Shown here: positions 54,794-63,619 of the stretch, piece by piece
How positions within the stretch are numbered: the stretch's first letter is position 1
Layout of the letters: each line of letters opens with the position of its first letter
From: a virus
Lineage: Duplodnaviria; Caudoviricetes
Strand: one strand, 5' to 3'
Length of the DNA: 64,000 nt
Virus record (IMG/VR): IMGVR_UViG_3300017569_000126
Span: 4,865 to 68,864 of that record
Program-made: the position numbers and the translations under genes
Notes under the pieces: generated by a model
Seen by the model: only the letters and a program-made list of their open reading frames with translations
The model's database searches: none
What the model was told of the DNA's origin: nothing

Positions 54794-55058
54794 TGTTAAT
54801 TATGTTATGGAAGTTTCTGGTAAGACGGAAACAGAAATAATTAGAAGGGCAAGAGAAAGCAAAAAAACACTTGCAGACTTTTTGGCCTCGTCTTTAATTC
54901 AGCGGCTTGGTTCTGTCAGCTCTGATGATACAAAGATAACCGTTAGAGGCATAACGGTTAAGCAAAACGGTAAAACCACTAAATGGCCAAACAAAAAGGA
55001 TGAAGGAGACGAACGTGAGCTTGAAATCCAAATGAGGAATCTCGGATATGATTGTTAA
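54783..55058 (+). CDS. hypothetical protein
   Basis: tiling. Confidence 0.6.
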   Translation: MKIDVNYVMEVSGKTETEIIRRARESKKTLADFLASSLIQRLGSVSSDDTKITVRGITVKQNGKTTKWPNKKDEGDERELEIQMRNLGYDC

Positions 55059-55875
55059 AAAAACTGTCAATTTTTTGTGGCATGACCGTATGATAGTGGT
55101 CGAGAAAATAACATCTACAAATAACAAGATTACTACTACTATTCATATAAAAGACTCATATTGCTTTTCATATATAAACGAGATTGTCCCAGAAGCATTG
55201 ACAAGAATTGCTGGATGGTTGTCAGATTTAATTGTGATTAGTGTTGTCGAATCTTATTTTGATACACTCTGTATTGCCAGAATAAAAGAGGGTACAATAG
55301 TTTTCAAAGATGCTCGAAAATCGAAATTAGTCAATCTTAAAACGGCAGTTTCACATATTGTGATAAGATTTGACAGGTGTACATTCTGTGCTTGCAAAAT
55401 CCACAAAAGTTTTTCTTTAATTGGAACAAACAATGTATTTGTCGATACACAAGGAGTTAAAACAGAACATATAAATTGCCCTTCGGATGGAGAATTTATA
55501 GGCTGGAAAATGTGCGGACATTGCTTAGTAAAATTAAAAATTCCAGCAAGCGCACAAAGGACATCAGGGAGTTCCTCTAAATCACGTTGCAGCTATGCTT
55601 ATGTTGAAGAAATCTACGAAATTCCATCAAATCCATTCCTTCCAATACGTCGAAAAGAGACTGTTGAAAGTACAATGTATCCCACAAAGGCGGTCACTTA
55701 TAAAAGGCATAAAATGGTATACGCGGATTCATTCGACGATTCTAAAGATATGATTTGCACTCACGGAATACATTTTTATATTGATAAGCGAGAAGCGTTG
55801 AGTATGATTGCGCCTGAACCGCGTATTGATGCAATTATACGCAGAATAGAAAATCTCGAAGCTGAAAGTAGATAA
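55048..55875 (+). CDS. DUF5758-type protein (paralog of 45631)
   Basis: CPS.GEFIGWK....LVKL.IP..A.R.S....K.RCS.A.V, DSFD......C..GIHF. Confidence 0.75.
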   Translation: MIVKKTVNFLWHDRMIVVEKITSTNNKITTTIHIKDSYCFSYINEIVPEALTRIAGWLSDLIVISVVESYFDTLCIARIKEGTIVFKDARKSKLVNLKTAVSHIVIRFDRCTFCACKIHKSFSLIGTNNVFVDTQGVKTEHINCPSDGEFIGWKMCGHCLVKLKIPASAQRTSGSSSKSRCSYAYVEEIYEIPSNPFLPIRRKETVESTMYPTKAVTYKRHKMVYADSFDDSKDMICTHGIHFYIDKREALSMIAPEPRIDAIIRRIENLEAESR

Positions 55876-56114
55876 AACATTGCGAGACAAGCCATGGATA
55901 AGCATATAACGAAAATTGGCGATTCTTCTTATTTGTATAGAATGACGCAAAGGTGTCTTGACTATGATGATGAGGATGTTTGCGATGCGTTTGTTTTTCA
56001 TGTCTTCTCAAATGAAAAACATATAAATTATAATAAATAAACGGAAAAACATGGGGCAACCGCAATGGTTGCCCCACTTATTATTTTAGGAGTAATTTAT
56101 TATGATTGGTTTAA

Positions 56115-56420
56115 TCAAACTTTGCCAAGCGCTGATTTGATTACAGAAACAATCTTATCGTATCCGATTTGTGAACCGATGATTGTTGCCACGCCCTCAA
56201 ATATAGCCCATAAGGCGTTAAGTACGGTAATGGGAGTTCCATTAACAACATAAACAACAAAGGTTCCTACGATACCAACAATACCGCCGACAATTACAGC
56301 AATAAGTTGTGTATTATAAGTTTTGCCTTGTCCATCTGCATAGGTTTTGATAAACTCAGTAATTACTGTTGCTATTGTTCCGAAAGCGAGAAGTAATACG
56401 CAAAAATATTCAACTGTCAT
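56115..56420 (-). CDS. holin-like membrane protein
   Basis: three hydrophobic segments; immediately after the endolysin gene. Confidence 0.65.
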   Translation of the reverse strand: MTVEYFCVLLLAFGTIATVITEFIKTYADGQGKTYNTQLIAVIVGGIVGIVGTFVVYVVNGTPITVLNALWAIFEGVATIIGSQIGYDKIVSVIKSALGKV

Positions 56421-56444
56421 TTCACAACATCCTTTCTGTTTATA

Positions 56445-57083
56445 TTAACAGAACATTTTAGTCCAAGTGTTTTTACCAACTACACCATCAGCCGTCAATC
56501 CATTATCTTGCTGAAACTTGATTACAGAGCTGCGAGTTCCGCTACCAAACTTTCCGTCAATAGATATTCCAAGCTTTTTTTGAACGAATTTTACAGCGGT
56601 TGATTTGCTGCTTCCTTTTTTAATGGTAGGCATCAAATCGGTATTATAATATTCGTATTTTCCAGCCTTGGCACAAAGCCAATGTTTTACGGTAGGTCTT
56701 GTATCAACATGGACAAAATCGGAAGTACCATAGTAATATGCTCCAACGCCGTTCGTAACTGTCTGTGCAAAGTAAGCTATTTCTACAGCGCTAACTCCTT
56801 CAATTTTAATATCTGCGGCCATTCCTTTGCAATGATAGGAGCTTGACGAACCACCTTGCTTTGCGTTCCAAGATACAGTTCTATAAGCTGAATTTATCTT
56901 GACAGGTTTGCCAAAATGGTCGCGAATTTTTTGTAGTACGTCAACAAGGTCTGTGTCTATTAAAACTTTATCAGAACCGTCTTTGCAAGCAAACTCAGAC
57001 ACGGTAAAGTTGTTTGATAGTTTTAGACTACCTTGTGTTTTCACAGAATAAGTTTTAACCATTACAACCCCACCTTCACTCAA
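56445..57083 (-). CDS. endolysin: peptidase M15A plus PG-binding domain
   Basis: NF...EFACKDG, INSAYR, S.H..G.AADI, FVHVDTR; C-terminal DG.FG..T...V..FQ...GL.ADG.VG..TW. Confidence 0.9.
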   Translation of the reverse strand: MSEGGVVMVKTYSVKTQGSLKLSNNFTVSEFACKDGSDKVLIDTDLVDVLQKIRDHFGKPVKINSAYRTVSWNAKQGGSSSSYHCKGMAADIKIEGVSAVEIAYFAQTVTNGVGAYYYGTSDFVHVDTRPTVKHWLCAKAGKYEYYNTDLMPTIKKGSSKSTAVKFVQKKLGISIDGKFGSGTRSSVIKFQQDNGLTADGVVGKNTWTKMFC

Positions 57084-57088
57084 TTAAA

Positions 57089-57352
57089 TCAAGACTCGGC
57101 AGAAGTCTCCGTTTCAGTTTCGGCAGCTTCGGTTTCAGTGGTATCAGCGGCTTCGAGCGATGCGATTTCAGCTTCATAAGCGTTGATATTATCGCGCCAA
57201 GTTTGACGCTTTGCTTTCATGTCTGCGTATTCATCTTCGGTCAATGCGCCATCGGCGTATTTCATGCACTGATAGTCTGATTGAGAGAGAAAGAGTTTAC
57301 AAGCTCTAATCTCCGACTCCAAGTATTCAATTCTTTCACTATTTTGTTCCAT
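57089..57352 (-). CDS. small tail-associated hypothetical protein
   Basis: AAAGAGG RBS; L..SDY...KY.DG.....EY..MKA.RQ.WR..IN pattern. Confidence 0.65.
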   Translation of the reverse strand: MEQNSERIEYLESEIRACKLFLSQSDYQCMKYADGALTEDEYADMKAKRQTWRDNINAYEAEIASLEAADTTETEAAETETETSAES

Positions 57353-58503
57353 AGTTTTACCTCTTTCTGTTCTTTAGGTGTATTTGCAAATATCCTATAA
57401 AACAGCCTCGTCATATTCAAGACCGTCTTAAAAGTATTTTTATGTTCGGCATAGCTTTTCCAAGACTGGAAAGAAGCGTAAGCTTGCCCGAAACTCATGC
57501 AACCAGCATTAACAAATTTGATAAATTTCTTTAATTTACGGCGCATTGCAGTAACGCCTTTTCTGCATATGCGTTTTACTATCTTGCCGTTTTCTTCTAC
57601 GAAGAATTGAGTCTTTAGAAAAGTAAAACCTTTTGTTAATTTAACAATTTTTGTTTTCTTTTCATTGACTACAATCTCGTATTGTTTATACCATTCTCGG
57701 AGAATAGTCAATATACGTTCGGCTTCTTCTTTGGTTTTGACTATAATTAAAGTGTCATCTGCATATCTGACATAGGCTTTTAATTTTAGAACTTCTTTTG
57801 CGTAGTGGTCTATTCTGTTCATAAACACACCAGCAGCAGCTTGGCTTACTTGTGAACCAAGCCCCAAGCCCTTATTACCAAATGCCGCAACAAAGCTCCA
57901 ACACAAATCAAACAGCTTCTTATCTTTTATATAATGTTCAAATATCTCTTTCAACTTTTTATGAGATATATTGGCAAAATATGATGAAAAATCTATTTGT
58001 ATAACATAGCCATTTCTTCCGTATTTGCGGTAATGGCGTTCAAGAGAACATTGTGCTCTCTTTATAGCAAACTGAATACCTTTGTTCTTTATACTTGCAC
58101 CATTGTCGTATATCAAAGTAGGTGTAAAAAGCGGAGACAAGACTTCATCACATACAACTCTTTGAACTATTCTCTCGCGGAAATGAACACTTTGTATAAA
58201 CCTCGCTTTTCCTCTTTCAAAGAGTGTAAATTGAATAAACCCCATGCGCATATCTTTTCCAGCAATCATTTCTTTATGAATTGTATGCAGATTTTCAAGC
58301 AGAGTTATTGATGCCTTTTGAGTGCTTTTCTTCCAACTAACGCCAAGCTTTGATAACAGATATGCACGATAAAGCGCATCTAATGTTATAGTATTATCAA
58401 AGGTAATTTGCACCGCTTTGCTTTTATCATGTTTAGCTTCTCTTAGTTTGATTCTATTTAATCTTCTTCGTTTTCTTCTTGATGGCTTTATCGGCTCATC
58501 CAT
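57262..58503 (-). CDS. DGR reverse transcriptase
   Basis: K.R.I....FRERIVQ, LIYDN.A....KG...A, Y..QIDFSSYF..I.H, GLGLGSQVSQ, YVRYADD, F.FL; adjacent TR and avd. Confidence 0.92.
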   Translation of the reverse strand: MDEPIKPSRRKRRRLNRIKLREAKHDKSKAVQITFDNTITLDALYRAYLLSKLGVSWKKSTQKASITLLENLHTIHKEMIAGKDMRMGFIQFTLFERGKARFIQSVHFRERIVQRVVCDEVLSPLFTPTLIYDNGASIKNKGIQFAIKRAQCSLERHYRKYGRNGYVIQIDFSSYFANISHKKLKEIFEHYIKDKKLFDLCWSFVAAFGNKGLGLGSQVSQAAAGVFMNRIDHYAKEVLKLKAYVRYADDTLIIVKTKEEAERILTILREWYKQYEIVVNEKKTKIVKLTKGFTFLKTQFFVEENGKIVKRICRKGVTAMRRKLKKFIKFVNAGCMSFGQAYASFQSWKSYAEHKNTFKTVLNMTRLFYRIFANTPKEQKEVKLWNKIVKELNTWSRRLELVNSFSLNQTISA

Positions 58504-58828
58504 AAGAAATCACCTATTTCAATTCCTTAAAACAGCCCGTACCGTTCAGTACAATAAATTAAAGTAAAGTACAATATCTACGCATTTTTCTAACGGCGTG
58601 ATTGTACCAAGTATGCAACGAGAATATGCGTAAAAATCTCGCCATGCACGCGCATCAATGACCTTTCTTGGCAATAAATAACTATATCGGTCTGATGGCG
58701 GCGTCCACTTGACAATATCGAGCTATAAATTTACGAACTTAATCGGGGGACATTCACTCCTTCCGAAGTACCACGGACTTTGAGAGAATCAAAGTGTCAG
58801 GGCATATTTGTATAGGAAAATACATATT

Positions 58829-58969
58829 CGGAATCACAGCGGCTCGGACAGCCAATCATTAGAGTTGGAGGCCGCATTGTTGTTCGCATTGCCATTGTTG
58901 TTGACATTGCAGAAGTTCGTAGACGAACCAGCCTGCGCTGATGCCAACCACCAGTTATTACGCCCAGCA
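58829..58969 (-). repeat. DGR template repeat (TR)
   Basis: 141 bp matching 60546-60686; AAC/AAT-rich on the minus strand; all 21 mismatches fall at TR adenines. Confidence 0.95.
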
Positions 58970-59006
58970 ATAGAATACAGCGAATATCCCTAATTTATAA
59001 AAATTC

Positions 59007-59441
59007 TTACTCTTTCTTTTGGCTTTTATTTAGTTCACTAATTCTTTTTGAAGCGGCCTCACGAACGCCAATTATTTTAGATTTTAGTCGAGACATTGTG
59101 TCGAGAATCGCTTCTGCTTCGGATAATTTAATTCCGTTAAGATTAACCGCGAACAAAATTTCTTCATCAAGAACCGCAATTTTCGATAGAATATCTTCGG
59201 CCAAATCGTGTTTCTTTTGGCACTTTTCGACAGAGGCGTTATTAGTACAACTGATAACAACAGCGTTGTCGTTAATCTCTCGAACAAGGTTTATTGTCGG
59301 AATTTTGAGAGTGAATGTGCAAGATTTTGGATAACGCTTTGGAGAATCGCAAAAAACATGAACACGCTTTCTTAATTCCCTTGAAAGCTCCAAATACTCT
59401 AAGCCAGTTGGTGTATGATTTCTCTGATTAACATTACTCAT
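59007..59441 (-). CDS. avd: DGR accessory variability determinant (Avd-like four-helix bundle)
   Basis: 144-aa helical protein immediately upstream of TR; RYPK..F.L motif; call rests largely on position. Confidence 0.7.
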   Translation of the reverse strand: MSNVNQRNHTPTGLEYLELSRELRKRVHVFCDSPKRYPKSCTFTLKIPTINLVREINDNAVVISCTNNASVEKCQKKHDLAEDILSKIAVLDEEILFAVNLNGIKLSEAEAILDTMSRLKSKIIGVREAASKRISELNKSQKKE

Positions 59442-59446
59442 AATTC

Positions 59447-60337
59447 TTATACCTCATTCTTAATACGCTTTAGAAAAAGCACGATAATATCTACCGTCGA
59501 ACTGTCTGCTATTAAAGAATAGCGAATTGTATCACTTCTCATACAAGTATAATTGTCTGGAAGGGTTTGCAATCTTTCGTATTCAATAGGCATTAGCTTT
59601 CGACACTTTCCACTTTGAAAAATCTTTCTCACTTGATACCCGCCATGATGGGTGGTTATGACTCCACATTTGCCATCAAGTCCGTATACACGCCGATTCA
59701 TTTCGTGCGTGTTGATGTTCAGGTAAGCAACTACATTATGCCCTTCGCTGGACGTAAGAGTGTAATCATTCTGACACCAATATCTCTTGTGGACTAAACT
59801 TGGCGGCTCAACAATATCTCTGAGAACAAGGCTTTTTACTGGTGATTGTACGCAATCAAATGGCGAAGCCTGTATATTGCTCCAATACAATTTTTCTCGG
59901 CGTTGAGCTGAAACAATGCTGCTGTTGATTAAAACTGGTTTTACTTTAAGAGCATCGGCTATAATTTGCTGATTTTTCTCAGAAACAACATATGTTTCCA
60001 GTAAAAACCATTTTGGCTTTATATAATCAACAACACGCTTAAATTCATAAAATAGTTTATTATTTTCGTTAGAATCGTCACAAAAATCCAAATTGGATAA
60101 ACCACCAAAAACCATGTCTATTTGGTCTAAGGACTTTAGGACGCTGTTGCTTAATTTATATACGTTTCCAATCTCGTATATATCGTCATAATTTCTCAAA
60201 GCAACATCAATAGCTTGCATGTTGGTTTCACAAGCATAATACTTGAACACGTCTATTTCTGCTCTTTCAAGAGCCACGCGAAAACTTGCTATTCCATCAA
60301 ATAAGCTTAACACTGTCATACTCATTTCTCCTTTCAC
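59447..60337 (-). CDS. C5-cytosine methyltransferase homolog lacking the catalytic Pro-Cys
   Basis: VLSLFDGI, SAQ.R..LYW.N, L.P.EYERLQTLPDNYT present; motif IV reads GGLSNLDF and motif VI reads LLETY. Confidence 0.8.
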   Translation of the reverse strand: MKGEMSMTVLSLFDGIASFRVALERAEIDVFKYYACETNMQAIDVALRNYDDIYEIGNVYKLSNSVLKSLDQIDMVFGGLSNLDFCDDSNENNKLFYEFKRVVDYIKPKWFLLETYVVSEKNQQIIADALKVKPVLINSSIVSAQRREKLYWSNIQASPFDCVQSPVKSLVLRDIVEPPSLVHKRYWCQNDYTLTSSEGHNVVAYLNINTHEMNRRVYGLDGKCGVITTHHGGYQVRKIFQSGKCRKLMPIEYERLQTLPDNYTCMRSDTIRYSLIADSSTVDIIVLFLKRIKNEV

Positions 60338-60535
60338 TACGATATAGATATGCCTCGTGTTTATAAAAATTTTTATAAATTTAATAAATTACTGCATTGG
60401 AATCACCCATAAACCTTTCATTTTAGAAGTGGTATTTCATAACAATATAGACATCGTTTGTCGGAGCAGATAGCTCCGAGCAAACGTGTCATTGAAGTCA
60501 AAGGCTATATTTTATATGGCCCTTGCGGGTCTGGC

Positions 60536-61402
60536 TTACGCCAGACGGAAGCACAGCGGCTCGGACAGCCAATCACCAGAGGTGGAGGCCGCAGAGTTGC
60601 CCGCAAGGCCATCGTAGCTGACACAGCAGAAGGCCGCAGACGAACCAGCCTGCGCTGATGCCAACCACCAGGTACCACGCCCAGCAGGGCTGGTCGAGCT
60701 TTTGCCCTTTAGGCGGCTTTTCCAGTTGTTAGCGAACAGTGGATATTGCATAGCTTGCTGAGAACCCCACGTCTGGTCACTCCAAATAGAAGTGCCAAAA
60801 ACTTCAAATTCGGTGGGGAGCCAAAGCTTACCAATATCCTCCCACTCCCAAGACGTAGAATCGGTCAAAGTTCCATTTGCAGAATAGCGATATTCCATAA
60901 TAGTACGCTTTGTAACAATAACACTCTGCAAATCAGAATCAAGAGTACCGTAGACTTCATCGCCGTTGAGCCAAGTGTACATCTCACTTGCAAGCCAGGG
61001 AGAGTGCGAAGTTTCGGTTCCGTTGTTGGTATTGGTACTATTCATAACGTGTCCTGTACCAAGTAAACCTACACTAATCCAGTCGATGTGGTGGCCAATA
61101 GCAGTATCGCCAGTATTGTAATAAGTATCAATACCAGCAATTTGCATTCTAACAGTGCTGCCCATACAAGTGGTGTCTTTATAGTCACCGACCATGATGT
61201 TATTGGCGGCGGCAGTACCAGCCTTAGCAATGGTGCTAAGAGAAGCCCATGTCATGCTGTTCAGGCTGCGGCCCAAACCATCAATGGGGAATCTGTCTGT
61301 GCGGCTCAGACCGTTATAAATACGGTTTTCCAAGTCATTAAGAGAAGTGTAGTTTAGCGGGGTTGAAGATGTATTACCCCAAGTCTTTTTAGTAAAATTC
61401 AT
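60536..61402 (-). CDS. DGR target protein, DUF6273/C-type-lectin-fold tail or adhesin-like
   Basis: W..SEMY.WLN, KLWLPTEFEVFG, QYP.F, C-terminal WWLAS...FC.V..G.A...A motif containing the VR. Confidence 0.85.
   Translation of the reverse strand: MNFTKKTWGNTSSTPLNYTSLNDLENRIYNGLSRTDRFPIDGLGRSLNSMTWASLSTIAKAGTAAANNIMVGDYKDTTCMGSTVRMQIAGIDTYYNTGDTAIGHHIDWISVGLLGTGHVMNSTNTNNGTETSHSPWLASEMYTWLNGDEVYGTLDSDLQSVIVTKRTIMEYRYSANGTLTDSTSWEWEDIGKLWLPTEFEVFGTSIWSDQTWGSQQAMQYPLFANNWKSRLKGKSSTSPAGRGTWWLASAQAGSSAAFCCVSYDGLAGNSAASTSGDWLSEPLCFRLA
60546..60686 (-). repeat. DGR variable repeat (VR)
   Basis: 3' end of target ORF; differs from TR only at TR adenines. Confidence 0.95.
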
Positions 61403-61533
61403 AGATTTACCTCTTTTCTATTCTAAAGAGAAAGTACGCACAGTCTCTTTAGAACGGGCGTTAAACCCTAATTCTAAAAGAAAATTTTCTTTAGTGCGCA
61501 TTTCTGCGCTATATAAAACGGTAGCGAACCGTT

Positions 61534-62016
61534 TTAACGAAGTAAGTGTTTTGCATCTCGAAGTGCATTGACTTTTGCTGCGCGATATTCCTTTTCATAA
61601 TCGCTATCGGCTTTTTCCTTATTAACGATTATTTTATCTCGCGTTTCTATAAGCAAATTGTAAAATCTTATCTTGTCTTTTATATAAGAACTCATTTCTG
61701 CGCTGTGCGAGATGTTTTTATTATAAAGGTCAATGTCTTGCTGAAAATCTTTTATGGCAGAGTTTATTCCCTCAACATCCAGTTTTATAAACATAGAGCT
61801 ATTGTTAGTGAAATAACATTCGGCAACAGCGGGGTATGTCATGAAATCTGGATAATCATATTCCAAATCGTATTCATCGAAGCTCTTATTTGGAATACAA
61901 ACCTCACCACCCAAAAACTTGCCATATCTTGATTGGAATAACCAATCCTCTTTAGAATCAACAATCATATAACGATTAAATATGTGTATCATTTTATCAA
62001 CCCCTTTTATTCCCAC
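61534..62016 (-). CDS. hypothetical protein
   Basis: tiling; start probably MIHIF. Confidence 0.65.
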   Translation of the reverse strand: MGIKGVDKMIHIFNRYMIVDSKEDWLFQSRYGKFLGGEVCIPNKSFDEYDLEYDYPDFMTYPAVAECYFTNNSSMFIKLDVEGINSAIKDFQQDIDLYNKNISHSAEMSSYIKDKIRFYNLLIETRDKIIVNKEKADSDYEKEYRAAKVNALRDAKHLLR

Positions 62017-62447
62017 GATAGACCATATAGCATTTCTAAAGCATACAAGTAGTCATTACATTCTTCCATGTGCTGTTCCCATTTTGGATTTCCATTTGCT
62101 CTTTCTTCGTTCCATATATCATCCATCGACTTTACTCTGTTTAGAATTTCACTACTATCAGAGCTTTCTATCTCGGTATATTTCCTCGTGAATTTATTGA
62201 ATTTTATAATTGTCGGAAAGTTCAAGATGTTTTCCTGATATTTCTCACCATACTTAGTAGAAATCCATCCCATTGTGTACCCGTGTAAAATTCCCTTTGG
62301 AGCAAAACAATTATCAAATTCTCTGCGAGAAGTGACTACAAAATATCTTGGATAGTCAGTATCGCTTAGTCTATTGTCTTTTATACTCATAAATTTTTCC
62401 ATTTTAATCACTCCTTTCTTCCAATTATAAAAGTTGACAAAAAGCAT
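62007..62447 (-). CDS. hypothetical protein (start probably MEKF near 62402)
   Basis: GAAAGGAG RBS. Confidence 0.65.
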   Translation of the reverse strand: MLFVNFYNWKKGVIKMEKFMSIKDNRLSDTDYPRYFVVTSRREFDNCFAPKGILHGYTMGWISTKYGEKYQENILNFPTIIKFNKFTRKYTEIESSDSSEILNRVKSMDDIWNEERANGNPKWEQHMEECNDYLYALEMLYGLSWE

Positions 62448-62452
62448 ATTTT

Positions 62453-63298
62453 GTGTATAAATATTTAACGTACTATCGTTATATATTTAAGCAATTCAAG
62501 CTAAAATACAGCAGAACCACGTTGTTTTATGAAATCGCACCAAAACAAAATTCTACTTCTGTTTCCATCGCCAACACCGCACAGGAAATAACTGGTAATA
62601 AAGGCGGTTATGTTGTAATACGCGACGCGGACGAAGATGATTACCCAGACGAAATACTCATAATGAACGCCGCCGATGTAAAACACAGCACAAAAGTTTG
62701 GCGTTGGAATAAAGGCGGCTTAGGATACGCCTCTGGTGATACTCCTTATGACAGTAGCACTGGTAGATATGTTTATGAAGACGATGACAAATATAGTCTT
62801 GCAATCACACAGGATGGTAAGATAAACGCCAGCTTCATTCAAACAGGTACACTAAATGCTGATTTGATTCAGACTGGAAGTATAGATGCCGAAGAAGTAA
62901 CAATAAAAAATTTATCTGCCAGTTCAATTACCACTGGTACACTTAGAACCAACTCAGGGACACTTTCTATCAATCTTGACAATAATTATCTTTCCCTCGG
63001 AGGTTATGGACAAGGATTGTATATAAATAGATACGGCTCAATAGGGGCCTATGGAAGTGTATATAATGGCTCTTATGCAACATCGGGGCTGTTTAAGGGA
63101 GACACTGGATATTTTGATTTGGCATCATCATGGGTTGTGGGCTTTCCGGGGCCGGGGCCAATATTCGTTATAAAATGGCACAGGGTATGGTTTGTCAATG
63201 GACTATTTATTGGTGTTTCTGATGGTTATGGGCAATCGGAAAAAGACGAAACATGGTCGTATTCTGGCGTTCCAAGCACATGGAATGGCAATTATTGA
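62453..63298 (+). CDS. silent alternative tail-protein C-terminal cassette (no convincing start)
   Basis: ITGNKGGYV..DEILIM..KVWRWN.GGLG..AIT.DG.INA.FI.TG.LNAD typical of phage minor tail proteins; opposite strand to the structural module. Confidence 0.7.
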   Translation: MYKYLTYYRYIFKQFKLKYSRTTLFYEIAPKQNSTSVSIANTAQEITGNKGGYVVIRDADEDDYPDEILIMNAADVKHSTKVWRWNKGGLGYASGDTPYDSSTGRYVYEDDDKYSLAITQDGKINASFIQTGTLNADLIQTGSIDAEEVTIKNLSASSITTGTLRTNSGTLSINLDNNYLSLGGYGQGLYINRYGSIGAYGSVYNGSYATSGLFKGDTGYFDLASSWVVGFPGPGPIFVIKWHRVWFVNGLFIGVSDGYGQSEKDETWSYSGVPSTWNGNY

Positions 63299-63301
63299 TA
63301 C

Positions 63302-63619
63302 AATGCTGATTTTGTGAACATCACTGGAACTCTCAACAGTGTGACCATAAAAAGTAGCACGATAACAGGCAATACAATAAAAGGTGGGACAATTCGCATA
63401 GGGGATTACAGCGATTATATATATATGTCTTCTGGTGGTATATATGTCCACACAAGTGACTATCAGTCATACCAATCCACAAAGAGTTCAAAGAGTTTTG
63501 GAGTTCACTATGGGTATGGACGGAGTGCCATTGTTCAAGTAGATGTTCCATGGTGGACGCCAGATTACATATGGCTAAAGTTTATAAATGGTTTGCTTGT
63601 AGATGTAATTACTTCGTAA
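63302..63619 (+). CDS. second silent tail C-terminal cassette
   Basis: open frame from the repeat (NADFVNITGTLN...) to TAA 63619; ends WLKFINGLLV. Confidence 0.7.
   Translation, partial: NADFVNITGTLNSVTIKSSTITGNTIKGGTIRIGDYSDYIYMSSGGIYVHTSDYQSYQSTKSSKSFGVHYGYGRSAIVQVDVPWWTPDYIWLKFINGLLVDVITS

Noticed and set aside
8583-58311. Long opposite-strand ORFs in the track (e.g. 8583..9362 +, 22668..22976 -, 28855..29652 -, 57997..58311 +)
   Set aside because: They shadow well-supported genes on the other strand, lack an RBS and show no recognisable motifs.
58808-58993. 61-aa ORF over the template repeat
   Set aside because: Antisense by-product of the TR, which functions as RNA.
4684-62447. Possible dispersed family with Y.V.S..E ... 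YP(A/T)I pattern (4684, 46477, 61534, 62007)
   Set aside because: Similarity is too weak to support by eye; profile-profile comparison would be needed.
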